A stretch of 64,000 nt of DNA from the human T2T-CHM13v2.0 reference genome, Homo sapiens. Shown piece by piece: positions 43,466-57,065 of this stretch. The DNA lies in NCBI RefSeq assembly GCF_009914755.1, contig NC_060928.1. One strand, 5' to 3'. The notes beneath the pieces were generated by a model. The model ran no database searches. It had not been told where the DNA came from and was given only the letters and a program-made list of their open reading frames with translations. Both the position numbers and the translations under genes were made by a program. Within the stretch, counting starts at the first letter, position 1, and the number at the start of each line of letters is the position of its first letter.

Positions 43466-46400
43466 ATGTCAAGTTACAAATAATCAAATGTATCTAGTGT
43501 CCTTCTCAACTGAGCCCTGGCCCCAGTAGGGAAGAGCATGTGTTCCTGACATCCCCAGTTGGAATTTGGAATGCATTTTCCTAAAGAAAATCATACTATA
43601 AATAGTCAATGTGTTTGCAGGCCAACTACCAGAAGCCTATTTAACCAAAAAGCTTAAAACTTTAGGAGGAACATGAACCTTAGAAAATATAATAGTGCTA
43701 TTTCAACATCAAATCCAAAAATATTATAATTATTACTTGAAAAAATACATTTTCACTGCTAAACAACTGACTTATAAACTGGCATCAGGAACATAATCAT
43801 CTCGTTATCTGTCTTCTGTGTACATACACAGAACATAACCATATGCCTTTTGAATACTTTCCAAGATAAATTCTCAAAGAATTAGGACAACTGTCAATTT
43901 AACCCCCAAATAGTATTATTCAACAATAATAGCAATAGATTTTTTTGTAATATGGCAAAGAAAAATGAGGCTATCCTGTAAAGTGGATTTCAGTTTGTTG
44001 TTTTAATTAAGTTATCATGTGGAATTGGTAGTCTAGTAGCATGAGTGGACCTCAGCAATGAACCTTTCATTTGTGAAGAATGAGTTAAAATCATTCCTAT
44101 TATTATTGCTAATTTACAGATCAATACCACAATAATGTATTTGTTGCCATGTACACTGCAGGCACTACTGATGAACAGGAAAGTTTAAATCTTAATATGT
44201 CTGATAAATTTAATCTCAAATATAATTCTGACTACATGAATTTTAGAAGTCTTACATTGTTTATAACATTACCTGAGAGTAATTTTATTCTGTCATACAA
44301 TATATCAAATTTTTTCTTTGTTTCTTTCTCTCGTCCTCGCTCTCTTTCTCTCTCTTCCTCTCCCTCTCCCTTTGTCTCTCTGCATTGTTCCTGACATAGG
44401 TTTTTGAGGACTACACACTGAAAACTTGTCCATGAATATATGTCACAATCACCTTTTTATTCATTGGCATGGGAAGGCAATAAAAAAGCGATTACATTTT
44501 CTTTTGCCTATAGCTTTAAAGCAGCCACTTGACCTATGGCAAACATGAACCAACCTTTATTTCAGAGGTTTGCAATTTCAGGGGTAAACGTGGTGCTGCA
44601 TCTCCCTTGAAGACTTTATTAAAGAGAACTCTATCACGCTTATTTGAGTTCTTATCAACTATCTTGGCCTCAAATGTATGTTTTCCCTTTATTACTCCTC
44701 TTTGGAACTAGCAATACATTCTATTCCATTATAGAGCCCTCTTTTTAAAATTCATATTTTCATATTTCTTCCACCCAGGTAGACAAAGTTAAGACACGTG
44801 CACAAATGAGAAAGTTTGTACTGATCAATTTTTTTGTAAACAGAAGATGAATTTTCTCTGTGTATGCTTGTGTGTATATGTTTATATATATATTTATTAT
44901 TATTTTATTCTAAGTAATTCCGTTGCTGAAACATTTAATCCTACTTTTTCTGTTTAAGTTGCTATATTATTCCCAAAGGTTGTGATGGATGAATTTATTC
45001 AGCAGACATTCACTGTGTTCCCGTATGGGCCAGGCACTATCCTAAGTATTAGGAATTGGGTGAGCAAATGAGACATTCTCTGCCCTCATTAAGTTTTCAG
45101 TCTAACAAAGAAGATGAACATTCATGTAATCTTCACATAAGTATCTTTTTATATTGCCTCACTTTTTTGAGGGTATGAGGACATCTATGTAAATCAGTTT
45201 CCAAACTTACAAGACATGAGGGATCCCTAAACTCCCAGGGAGAGTGCACAACTAGGGGTCTTAAGATTGGGTTTTCACCCAGCTTTCTTCCTCTACTAAC
45301 CATTAAGTATGAGAGCTACTTAGAGCTCAGTCTGAGAGACCCTCTATCTACATACACCTCACCCTCCCCATAGGCAATTGTATTATGTACATCTAGAAGC
45401 TTTAATCATTATGTATACAAAGGTGAAGGTGACACCCATGTTTATGTCTTAGTCCAAAATTTTTTTTGAACTAGATTTCTTTGGATTGGATTGACATATC
45501 CTACAAATGACTTGGCTTCTTCTCTTGGGATATCTTTAAATCATCTCAAAAGTTATGACCTATGTCTCGTGTACATGACCCTGAAAACCTGCTCCTCTTC
45601 CAGAAGAAATACTACTTCACTGAAGCTTTTCAGATCTGAGCTTAAGTGTCACCTCCCTAGGGTAGACTCATCTAAGCATCCTTCCTGTCATTACCTTCTT
45701 TTATAACAGCCCGTGTTTCCTTTTCATTGACCTGTATTTATTACAAGTAATAATTCTATACTCGTGTGAATATTCATGTAATTAACATAATAATATATAA
45801 ATATTTTCAGAAAGCTCTGAGTATAATGGAGCTGCTATTATAGCCTCAATATTTCTTAGAATAGACACTTAAGAAAAATATTAGCTGGATGAATGAATAG
45901 ACAGGGGAAACGTCTCAGTTATCTGGATTCAGACCCTTCTGGGAAAAGAGAAGTAGTTGCTGGTTTCTTTGGCTCTCTGAGCAAGTTTAAGACCTCATCT
46001 TGAGTCAACAAGAAGTCTGGCACAGCCAAGAGAGTTAGGGGATAGCTGGAAAGGATGCCACTATCTAATGCACATTAAAAGGGTTATTTTTAAGGTTCTC
46101 CAACCTTGTCCTCCAAATAACTCATTCTGAGAACTTCTTTGGACTGCAAGGCAAAAGTTACTGGAAATGATAGGGAGTAAGGGTTCTTCTCCAGCTGCCA
46201 GTGGAAACAGATGTTAGAACTTCCTGGACATGGTTTGCCACTCTAGCAGAAGCTACTGGAAGACTGAGAGCAGTTACCATCTGAAAGGAGCAGCCACTGT
46301 CATTTGTTTTCAACAAACACCACAGAGAGTAGCTTCCAGTGAGAATCTTCATCATTAAAGTGGTCACTGAAAGTCTGCTTCAGAAGCCACAGCTGAGGGA

Positions 46401-46789
46401 AGCCACCACCAAGAAATACTGTTGGGTGCCATCCCCATCCCCTGAAAGCAACTAAAAGGAAAAAACGTTAACAAGTTGAATTGGGGGAGATACCAAGATT
46501 TCAGTCCTTGTCCCTATCTTAGTTTATGTTATTTTACTATTGACCTGTAGGACAAGACAGATTTCAGTTCTTTCAATATAATCCTCTTTTTGTAAAAGGA
46601 AGACAATTTTTCAAAGGAAACTTGATGAAGATTGAGAGCCAAAATATCTGAAGAAGGGCTCACATTAATTCTCAGGATATTGAACAAGACACTAGCTCAT
46701 AGAATCCCAATTGAAGGTGCACCTCAGAAAATAACAAAAGAAAGTGAAAAAATGTCTCATTCAAAATGAGGGAGAAATAATCAAATAGA

Positions 46790-46930
46790 CTCTGAGCATT
46801 AGTTCTGTAAATGTAAGACTGACTTATTCACCATTGTGGCCCAAGAGTTCTTAGAATAGGCTCTCAAAAAATGTTGAATGAATGAATGAATGAATGGGAG
46901 AGTAGATGGATGAATGAGCAAATGAATGGC
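46790..46930 (+). mobile_element. L2 3' end with (TGAA)n tail
   Basis: cttattcaccattgt...aataggctctcaaaaaatgttgaatgaatgaatgaatg. Confidence 0.7.
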
Positions 46931-47834
46931 ATCCATTTACCTTAAGATATATTAACTAAGAATAGAAAATATGATTCACTTTAAGTAAACACAAATAAAG
47001 TGAATGTGTTGAACAAGCCAGCTATAGTTTACAATATGATAATATTTATTTCCCCCAAATAAGACACTTTCTATTTTTCTATGTTTTTAAGTTTTTATGT
47101 AATAAAACAATAATTTATCTTGTTTTTAATCTACATGCAAAACCTAGAGGTCTATCACAGAGAGTTTGTCAAACTGTTTGATTTGTCGTGCTGACAAGGA
47201 ATCATTGAAACAATTTTTTAAGAAAAACAGGTTAGGTACAGCATGAGAGTATGTGTGAGGCTGAGGCAACGGAGAAGGAAACCATATGCTCACTCAGGTT
47301 GTCGAGAATCTTTAACACTTGGCAAAAATGTCACTTAATTTCTTGCTGGAAAGGTGCGACCTCCTAAAGTCTTTCCTCTTCATACTACGTGAGAGCATCT
47401 TTTGGAAGGGAAACCATGGATTAATCTTACTTGATCTGGCATATTTGGGTTTGGGAGTTTTTTAGGCAGTCCTAAAAGCCTAGAAGATGAAAAGAATGAG
47501 GGCCAGCAGCTGTCTACAGGACAGAGCATTGGACAGAAGCAAACATGGACCTCCTAGCCCTCACATCACCTTACTGTGAGTCTCCTTGGCATCTTGTGTA
47601 GGACAAGGTATATTTAAGATTATTGGTCTTTCAGTATTATCTTCAAGAAGAGAAAATAACAATTGGCCACAGGGAAATATGATTGAATTGGAGGTTCATA
47701 AACTTTGTTAGACTCAAGTTAAAAGAGATCACTTATAGAACCAGTCTATAGAGCAGGATAACTATGGATTACACTTGACAAAGGAGTCCAGAATATATAG
47801 GGTAATAACTTTTCTTAAAATCCTAAAACATATG

Positions 47835-48890
47835 TGTATTAGAAAGGGAAAAACAAACTGTTTTTTCTTCTACATTCACGCTTATCACGGAATACTTCAC
47901 CGCTTGGTCACTAAAATATACGGGAATTTCTCCTCACCAACAACCAATTCTCCAGTAGACTCCAGATGGGCGTCCTGTGATTCTACTGATTCTGACACTA
48001 TCTACCTGGAGATAGCACCAGATCCAACAGGTGAAAAGCTTAGTCCCACAAGACTGTCTCCCACTTCAGACACCAATCACAAGTCTTATGTTGTAACCTG
48101 TACTTCCTACTAGCCAGCAATAAGTTGAGAATTCCCATGACCCCTTTTACGGGTTCTATTACTTTGCTAGTAAGGCTCATAGATCTCAGGGAAAGATTTT
48201 CCCTATGTTTACCCATTTATCATAAAGGATATTACAAAGAATACAGCTGAACAGCCAAATTAAAAGATGTGTAGGGCAGGGGACAGGGGAAGAGGCAGGG
48301 AGCTTCCATGTCCTCAGGTGCACCATCTTCTAAGCACCACATGTTCAGTGATTCAGAAACTCTCTGAAACCACATGGTTCAGGATTTTTTATGGCAGTTT
48401 CATCACATAGGCATGACTCATTATTAACTCAATTTCCAGCCCCCCTTCCTTCTCCAGAGAATGGGGGTGGGGCTGAGTTTTAAGTTTCAAGCTTCTAATC
48501 GTGGCTCAGTCTTTCTGGTGACCAGCCCCCATTCAAGTGTTGCCCTTTAGAACAAAGGAATCTACTATCACCCATGAAATATCAAGGGATTTAAAAGCTC
48601 TGTGTCAGATGCTCCTGTTCCTCAGGAAATTACACAGGTCTTAAAAGCTCTGTGTCAGGACCTGGGATCAAAGACCAAATATTAGAACCTAAGATTCTCC
48701 TAGCACCCTTATGGCTCAGGAAATTACAAGGGTTTAGAAGCTTTGTGCCAAAAATCAGGGGCAGATTATATATATATGTACGTATGTACTTACATATATA
48801 TATATATACACACACACACATATATATATCACACATATATATCACGCATATATACATATATATATCATTATTTCACAATATATGACTACT
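47835..48890. mobile_element. MER21-family LTR with internal (TA)/(CA) expansion at 48768-48865
   Basis: ttctgacactatctacctggagatagca...gtcccacaagactg...cacttcagacaccaatcacaagtc; repeated ggaaattacaaggg...agctctgtgtcag units typical of MER21. Confidence 0.75.
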
Positions 48891-49539
48891 GTCACAACTA
48901 CTCACAAATAAAGACGTGTGCTTCAGTTCACTAACTAAAATCAAGAACCTTCTTTAAGGCCAGGATCACATATTTATTATAACTTGGACAGGTATGGCCA
49001 CAAGCCATACTGTTTCTGTAGCAATGGGATCGTTGAGAATGCACAGAAGATAAAAGGAAGTTGGGCAATGACTTCATTATAGGATCAGTCACAAGTTGGA
49101 GACAAAGAAACCCAGTTTAGTTTCCAAAAGGGCAAAGCATATTCTGGTTTGATTCACCCACATTGGCATCCAAAGAGACTCATCTTGTCAGGGGTAGGGA
49201 GAGAGTGCTGGGTCACAGCAACATGAGTTCTAAGTAGCCCCAATATTTAAGGTGTTTAGATAGTGTTCAAATGACAAGATTCTGGATGCTCTGCCTGATT
49301 AGACCAGGACAGCAGCCAGCTGGTGGTAGAGAGGCAAAGAAGGTTTAGGTAACCAAGGAGAAAGGACAGCAAAATCTCAACCCCAGCCAATCTGAGCCAT
49401 CTTCAGGTTCAGGGAATACTCTAGTCCTAGCCTTGGCAAGTGTGACAGCTTCAGGATTTTCCACATAAGAAGTGTCTAGGCATTGCCCACTGGTTGGGGA
49501 CTTGTCTTAAAGCTACATTTACAGAGCATATTAATTACA

Positions 49540-49958
49540 GTAACCCTAGTAGCTTCTATAGTAAACCCCAAAACCTCAGCAGCTCAGCATATTCGAAGTG
49601 TTTTTTCACTCTAATTCCAACTGAGTGTTTCAGGGGCAGCCTTATTTGAGGGGCCTACATTTGAGTCCCAGGTTCCTTCCATTTTGAGACTGCATCAGCC
49701 CCTGTAGCCTCAGAGTGTTCATTTGTGATAGTGAAGGGAAAGATGATGTGGTAGATCACATGGAAAAATTAGCAGGCCAAGACTTGGAAATACATTACCT
49801 CTGCCCACATCCCGTTGACTTAAATTCAGTCACGATCACAACTAAGCAAGACAGTGCTAGGATAGAGAGTTTCTGGGTGAGCAGCCACCTTCCAGCAATA
49901 ACTCTACACTGTGAAAGGGGGACATAAGTTTTTGGTGAAAACTAGCAGTCTTGCAGCA
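49540..49958 (-). mobile_element. Old MLT1 LTR (MLT1I/J-like)
   Basis: cccaggttccttccatttt...caataactctacactgtgaaagggg...tttttggtgaaaactagcagtc. Confidence 0.55.
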
Positions 49959-50379
49959 TTGAGTTTACCTAGAGTATATGTTTATTCGGGGTAAGGGAGA
50001 TTTGACAATGAGAAGTCAGTGGATCATAGAGATAGTAAGTGATAATAAAACTGTTTTCCGGAAAGGCAAGAACACTAATGTGTTTATATACATAGGACTA
50101 TTATAAATTTTTGTAGGTTGGATTTTTCATTAGCACCTTGGTATTGTAATGGAGTTATAGGAACTAATACCATGTTGCTGATAAAGAAACCGGATCAAAA
50201 AAAGAATGAGTACCAAAAATGATATAAGTCCAGTTGCACCTATCCCATGGGTGTGTTATGATAAACCATGATTTAAAGAAGAGCCAAGGAAAAATCACAT
50301 AAAAATATATATACTAGAGGAGGGAGAAAAAATTAACACTTATTGAACAATTACTTTAGGTTAAGTACTAAGCTGGACC

Positions 50380-50830
50380 TGTCAGTTACCCAGTGCTATG
50401 TAATCCAATTTTCACAAAATTAACGACTTAAACAACACCCATTTATTATCTCATGGTTTCTGCAGGTCAGGAGTCTGAGCACATCTTAATGGGATGCCCC
50501 GCATAGGGTTTCACAAGGCTGCAATCAAGACACAGGCCAAGGTTGTAGTCCCATCTGAAGCTCAGCTGGGAAAGTATCCATTTGCAAGCTTACTCAGGTT
50601 GTTGAAAGAATTCAGTTCTGTGTGACTGAAAGCTTCAGCTTTTTCTGGGTGTTAGCTGGTGAGCACCCACACTTCCTTGCCATGAGGGGTGCCCCAACAT
50701 AGTCACTTGCTTTCTTCAGCAAGAAGAGAGAAATTCCAGCAAGCTACATAAGGCTATCTGAGGTAACATAGTCACATAATCACATCGTGTACCTCCTATC
50801 AACATCACTGTATCCTCTTTAAAACAGTCT
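50380..50830 (-). mobile_element. MLT1F/G-like LTR
   Basis: gacttaaacaacacccatttattatctcatggtttctgcaggtcaggagtctg...cacaaggctgcaatcaag. Confidence 0.75.
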
Positions 50831-51899
50831 GGATGGCCCACACTCATCTTCCCACTATGCAGTTTGACAAAGTTGTCTTTAAGGTTCCACCTTCACCTCT
50901 GCATTTGGGTGTCCCAGGCTTTCGTACTGATTCTTGCAAAGATGGTCATGAATATCTGAGCTCTCAGGATAGCACCTCATATTTGGAGGCCTTAACTCTT
51001 CCCCAACAACCCATTCACTCATTTAACTGCCTTACAAAGTGACTGACTAGCTAATCAGATCAACTGAATTGTGCTAATAGCTTATTGCATTCTGCCACTG
51101 AGGTAACATATTTGTATTGTTGAAAGGGCATTACAAGAGAGAATACCTGCCAGATTTATATTCCTAATATAATTTTTATGTCTTTGCTTTATGGAAACCT
51201 GCTTTCCAAAGCAGGTCTGCCAAATATTCTATGTAGTATTGGCAAAGTAATTTAGACTCTTCATAAAATGAGGAGAGAAGATTCAATGACCTCTAATATC
51301 CTCTCCAACTCTGTGTTTTTATGTTTTTGTTTTATTCTTTTCTCAGTAACCTCCAATAACTTCATACAAGGCAATTGCCAAACTGCTCTCCAGGCATTCA
51401 AGATCCAATGTAATCTGGCCCAAATTTTCCTTCCTAGATGTATTCACTGCAGGTATTCTATATTTAAGGCAAACTGTCTTACTCAAGTATACCACATGCA
51501 TTCACTCCCAGAATGCTTCTCCTTTTCCTCATTGCATTTCCTTGTCCTACCTTTCTTCAAGCCAAGAGGAAGACTCCCCTCCTCGTTGACACCTTCCCAT
51601 CCACTTTGGCCCATATCCTACTCTAAATTCTGGTAACTACTCAATCTCCACACTCGGTGGGCCTTTGGTTTGTCTAAGTTTCCTGTGACTATTTAATTTT
51701 AAGCTCTTTCAGCACAGAAAATGTCTACTGTATTTTTGTATATGTCATAGAATATAAGTATAAATAGTTTGAATTCAAAAAAATCTTTATTAAGCAAATA
51801 TAAACCAAAGAATTAAAATGGATGGTAAATTTCAGCCAGCTGTGTGAGTTAGAGGGGAAGATGTATGGAGCCTTTTATGTTTTTATAAGAATATACATC

Positions 51900-52360
51900 A
51901 TTATACATTGCTGTATGCTCTCCTGACAGAGACAGTTTCAACACCCTATACTCATCCTATCAGAATAGCCTAAATTTTCCCATCTCCCAAAAGTCACTCC
52001 TTTCAACTAGAATGTCTTTCCCCATTCTATATCCAATTGTAAAAAAAACCCTCTCCATTCTTCAAGGCCAAACTAAATTTCTCCTTCTTCTATGAAAATG
52101 TTCCTGACCTTCTAGTTGAAATTAACTCTTTCTCCTTGTTATTGCTTTTTCACTTTCTGTTGGTGTTGTACTATAGTGAGTTATATGCCTCTCCAAGTCA
52201 TCGCAACTAGACGGTAAACTCTTTAAAAATGGGAAGTACTTCTATCATGTTTTTCTTTTGTACCTTTCAGAATACCAGGACAGATCCTGCTGTAAGTAGT
52301 AGGTGGTAAAATAACAGTAGGTGGCAAAATAACAGTAGGTGGTAAAATAATATTTATGAA
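51900..52360 (+). mobile_element. L2 3' portion
   Basis: ccattcttcaaggccaaactaaatttctccttcttctatgaa...caactagacggtaaactc. Confidence 0.55.
52298..52350. repeat. 18-bp unit x3 (agtaggtggtaaaataac)
   Basis: Copies at 52298, 52316 and 52334; one internal substitution. Confidence 0.92.
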
Positions 52361-55300
52361 ATTGACTTGGGAAAGATGCCTCAGTAAATCTAGAACACAT
52401 TTTTACAAAAAGTGACTGATGCCTTACTGAGCTTTCTTCTACAGACAGAATTTAAAATAATCCATCATCTAAGTTCAAGCAAAGCTATGTTTTATTTAAA
52501 ACAAAAACAAAAAGCAAAAGAACCCACCTGAAGAGAGCAAATTATGCAAGTGGAAAGCTAGTCAGGATCCTGAGAACTTTGAGGTGAAAAAAAAAAAAAA
52601 AAGAAACACACAGAGAATGGTTTTACAAATAGTTTTCCTAAAATGTGATTCACATACCACTGTGGTGCTTAAGTTTGTCTAAGTGGTAGAAATTTACAGT
52701 TTTTATTTTTAGTATTTTGTATTTATTTTGATTGTAATGGAAAGATATATATACTTAATAATAGTTTCAGGGGTATTTTGCTCATGATGAAACTCAATTA
52801 ATTTAAGTTTAAAGAAAGAAGTAAATAATAAATAGTTCAAATCCTACGGGATGTAATAAAAGTTGTGAGAAGACTACAGAAATGACTGCAGCTTGAGAAA
52901 GAATGACCAATTTCTGTGTTCTAATCAGTCAGTCAAGGTCATGAGAGCTCATTGGAACTTCTGATTTCTCGGTTCTCCTGGCTGATCTCAGGCCACTGTC
53001 TAAGGCTCTCTGAATGTAAATCATAGATTTCCCTCAAGAGTTTTCAGCCCTTGAGTATTTGCTTTTTAAAAGACTGGATTCTATCACTGGCCACATTAAT
53101 ACAATTTCTACCAACACCCCAGAATTTCCTCAGCATGTAACATTTCGTTTTTGCACAGCTGTTTCCCGAGGCCACGGGCTCCTGTTGCACCCTGGAGCTT
53201 GAGTGATGAGGATTCTGTGTTGTTGCTAAAGTGCCTCTCTTCTTCTTTAGAGAGGCCTGGATGTCGATATGCAGCAAACGTCCCACTGTCTGTGGTGCAA
53301 TCGACATAGGTCAACTTGTTTCGAGGCTGGGTCTCTGAAGGGCCAGGTCCAGGCTGCATTTTCCTCCCGGTTGTCCAGGCCAACGATCCACATTGTACTG
53401 CTTATGAAGGACAGTTGACCTTCAACTGTCTCTTCAAGGGCTATGGTTTCTAAAACAATGCCAGCCATCTATTGAAAACAGCTTCATCAGTTGCATTGTT
53501 ATCCTCAATGATTTTCAGTTTCTCATCAACGTAGTTGGTCCTTCTTGCTGATTCTTAAATAAATGATGATTTACTATTCTTCTTCTGACAACTTGAAGAT
53601 TCCTGACATTATCTTTATGCAATGAGTGACTGGAACAACTCACATCTGAAATTAAAGCCAGCTCAAAAGCACAAGTCAAATCAGAATTTGATAAAATGGA
53701 CAATAAAAAATGGTGAGAAACAGAGAAAAATTGTTTTAGTATAACCTTCCACATACAGCATTTTTTCCCACAAACCTTCAAATTATTTTCAAACATCTCA
53801 TTATATGGGTACTTATTTTCCAGCCTTTTCACTTTTTTTGCCTTCTTCCCTATCCATGCTTTAAAAGGAAGTAAGAAAAGACATTGCAAATTCAAGAAAA
53901 CACAAGAAGTCAGGGCCATAATTGCACGGCAGGACCATTATTGTTTGTTGCTGTTCACTTCCTAGAAACAAGAAAACAATCTCCTTCTTTTTGTGGACTG
54001 ATAAAACATGAAGGTTCATTGACTGTGGTTTCTACTCTTCTGTCTGGCTTTACAACAGCTTCAAATTAAAAGCAGGCAGGACAAGGGGATAATAAAGTGT
54101 CCAACCTCATCAGCTTTCAGCTTTTTTATTCTTTATGGTAAAGGGGATTTCAGTGTTTCTTTGTCAAGCCTATTTTTAAGAAACCACTTTCACAGCTTTT
54201 ACAAGAAAATGTCACTGTGCCTCTGGTGCAGGCAAGGGGGAATCTAATTTCATTACAGTTAAGTGCCTGACTCCCCATTACCCTCCATAATAGTGTAACA
54301 TGGTATATTATAGGACTTTAATAAATAGGAAGGATGTGGGTTGCAGCACATTTTAGTAGAAACCAAATTACTTTGGGCCACACATCTGCCTCCTCAGTTC
54401 ATCCTATTTGCCACTGTTTCACAACCTAATTACAGGATTTTCTGGAAATTGCTGTCCAGCAGTAACTGGATGACCTGCTTTATGTGGCCGAGACAGGCAG
54501 CTCCACCGACTTCAGTCTTCATCACTGTCACCATGTAATTGCATTGGACTTCCATGTTAATCCCTGAAGGCGGGAAGCAAATGAAATATTATAATTACCT
54601 TTTATTCCCTTGCCCCTGAAGCCTGGATTAGGGCAGTGTGCATCCAAAGGAAAGAAGTGGGGACTGCTTCTAAGAGTATTAGCGATGGTCTGATCAAAAG
54701 CTGAGGATGGTCTCATCTTCAGCTTTTGGCCTGAACACGGGCCACATCATTAAAGCCCTATGTCTCATCCACTTAGCAAAGTGTGTGGCCCCCATCTGTT
54801 TAATGCAGGATCACTATGAGACACGTTGGAAAGATCCTGGAAAAAAGGCCTATTTTATCAATATGTATGTGCAAGGCATTGGAATTTGAAAAGACTTATC
54901 TGAAGGAAAGGGATAGGTGAACTAAACTTAAGAAGAGAACTAACATTTTCAGACTATTCCCCTGAAAATATAAAAGTGCACTGCTGTTCTTTTTGAGAAA
55001 ATTGTATTGGGGTCACTTAATTGACATATCTCACTAAGAATGACCTGAATTATTGAAAAGGTACATGAATTTAAGGCTAAAGTTTTCTAGTCTTTTTTAA
55101 AAAGTCTTTAAAATCCAATGATTCTTTAATGAATGGGATAAAAGCAATTCTCTGAATTTAAATTCTACTCATGAGCCTGTAAAAGATGTAAAAATAATCC
55201 TCAATAAAGCAAATCTTGACTTTGAGGAAGGAAATGGCTCTTTGCTGTGTTTCATTTACCGTGGTAGGGGTGGGTTGAGTGTAACTGGAGACTAATCCAT

Positions 55301-55898
55301 GGTGACCTGTTGTCCCTGATTACTCTGCAGGCAATCCTTTGAAAATACCTTAAACATGGAGTTCACTTAATTTCTACTTCCCTCCTGAAGAGTTCTAAGC
55401 TGGGACAAGAGTCTGTGTCCTTGAGAAGTATCTTTGGAGTTGCACTTTATGGGAATTATTGAATAGTACTCAATTTAGATATAATTTCCCAAAATGCATT
55501 TTTCAATGGCACAGCAGGAAGCATGATGAAAAAGGGGTGACATTCCCTTTAACTAGGCAACTCCTCCGATAATAGAAACAACACTTCTCAATTTTAAACT
55601 GCTGCTTTCACTGTATGCCAACTTTATCATTATGTCCAGAGCTGAGGACATAGGAACAAACAAAATGGCAATATGTTTGTCTTCTTGGAGCTCATACTCC
55701 AGCAGAAAATCATGCAGAAAAGTAAACATAACCTGCAAAAATGTAAGATCTGTGAGTAAATATAAAGCAAGGTAAGGGGACAGACATTACAGGCAGAGGG
55801 GTTGAAGGAGTTATTTTCAATAGGGAAGTCAGAAATTCTTCTCTCATATGATATCATTTGAGCAGAAACCTGAGGCAATGGAGCAACCCATGCAACTA

Positions 55899-56114
<216 letters not shown>

Positions 56115-56489
56115 TCATACACATGGTACCTACTCTTCAATGTCCAGCAGCCTAACGAGCTGACCCAAAAAAAATGGCCCCACTCAAAGATGAACAACCA
56201 GATAGGAACGTGACTGGGACTTGCAGTAGATAATGCAGGGAAAAGTTGTAACAAAGACAAATGAAAAATATACATTAGAAAAACTATACCCACAAAGAAA
56301 ATTAAAGATGAACAAACCCATCTCCATGAAATCAAAGAAATTATGGTCTCTTGAAAAAAAATAAACAACAAAGTTTAAGGATTCAAGAAGATAATGAGTC
56401 AACAAAATGGAATGAAATGCAAGCTGGAGTGGTCAGGAAAAAAAAAAAACAATGATAAAGGAAAAGAAAATGGGGTCAGGAATCATATT

Positions 56490-56996
56490 AACTACAATTT
56501 ATTCATTGCAAGCAACAGAAGTGGACTCAAACCAACTTCAACGAAAATGGAATTTAATGACAAGATATGGCAGAGCTCCCAAGGTCAAAGGAAAGACTGA
56601 AGATCACACAAAGGAACAGCAAGTTCCAGAGGCCTTGTTGAAGGAAAATTATTATAGTTTTACCTGGTGTCACCCCTGTAATAAATGCATGAAAGGTGAC
56701 TCTCTAGCTTCATCCTTGTTCTCATCCTTGTTCAAGATTCAAGATTGCAGGAGATTAGGTCATGTCCTGGCTCTTGGTTATACCAAGGCAGTACATGAAG
56801 CGCTTCAGTATAAGAAGCCCATAGAGATCTTTTCCACATCTTTGTTAGAAGGTAAGAATATATTGATTTATCATCCTCCGAGACTTGCACCAAACAGGGG
56901 AGAGGAAATTCCTTAAAGGGAAATAATGCTGCCGTTCGTTAAGTAAATGATAGAATGCAAAAAATTAGTAACTATCCACTATAACTATCCACTACA
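56490..56996 (-). mobile_element. Old MLT1 (K/N-like) LTR relic
   Basis: ttgcaagcaacagaag...actcaaaccaacttc...aaggaatttaat-like start; gattaggtcatgtcc; ends tatccactaca. Confidence 0.45.
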
Positions 56997-57065
56997 GAGA
57001 CAGGATAGACAGGTTTGAGAAAAAAATTAACAGGGGTAGAATAAAAAGCAAAAAATGAAGGGCTT

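Noticed and set aside
48570-48750. Three ggaaat...aagctctgtgtcag units with spacers, superficially CRISPR-like
   Set aside because: Internal repeats of the MER21-family LTR; degenerate, eukaryotic context, no cas genes.
53044-53468. Three overlapping minus-strand ORFs suggesting a processed pseudogene
   Set aside because: No protein similarity I can recognise, no polyA tail or TSD; higher GC reduces stop frequency. A tblastx search would be needed to exclude it fully.
56452-56916. 154-aa ORF
   Set aside because: Overlaps a decayed MaLR-like relic; no motif or splice support.
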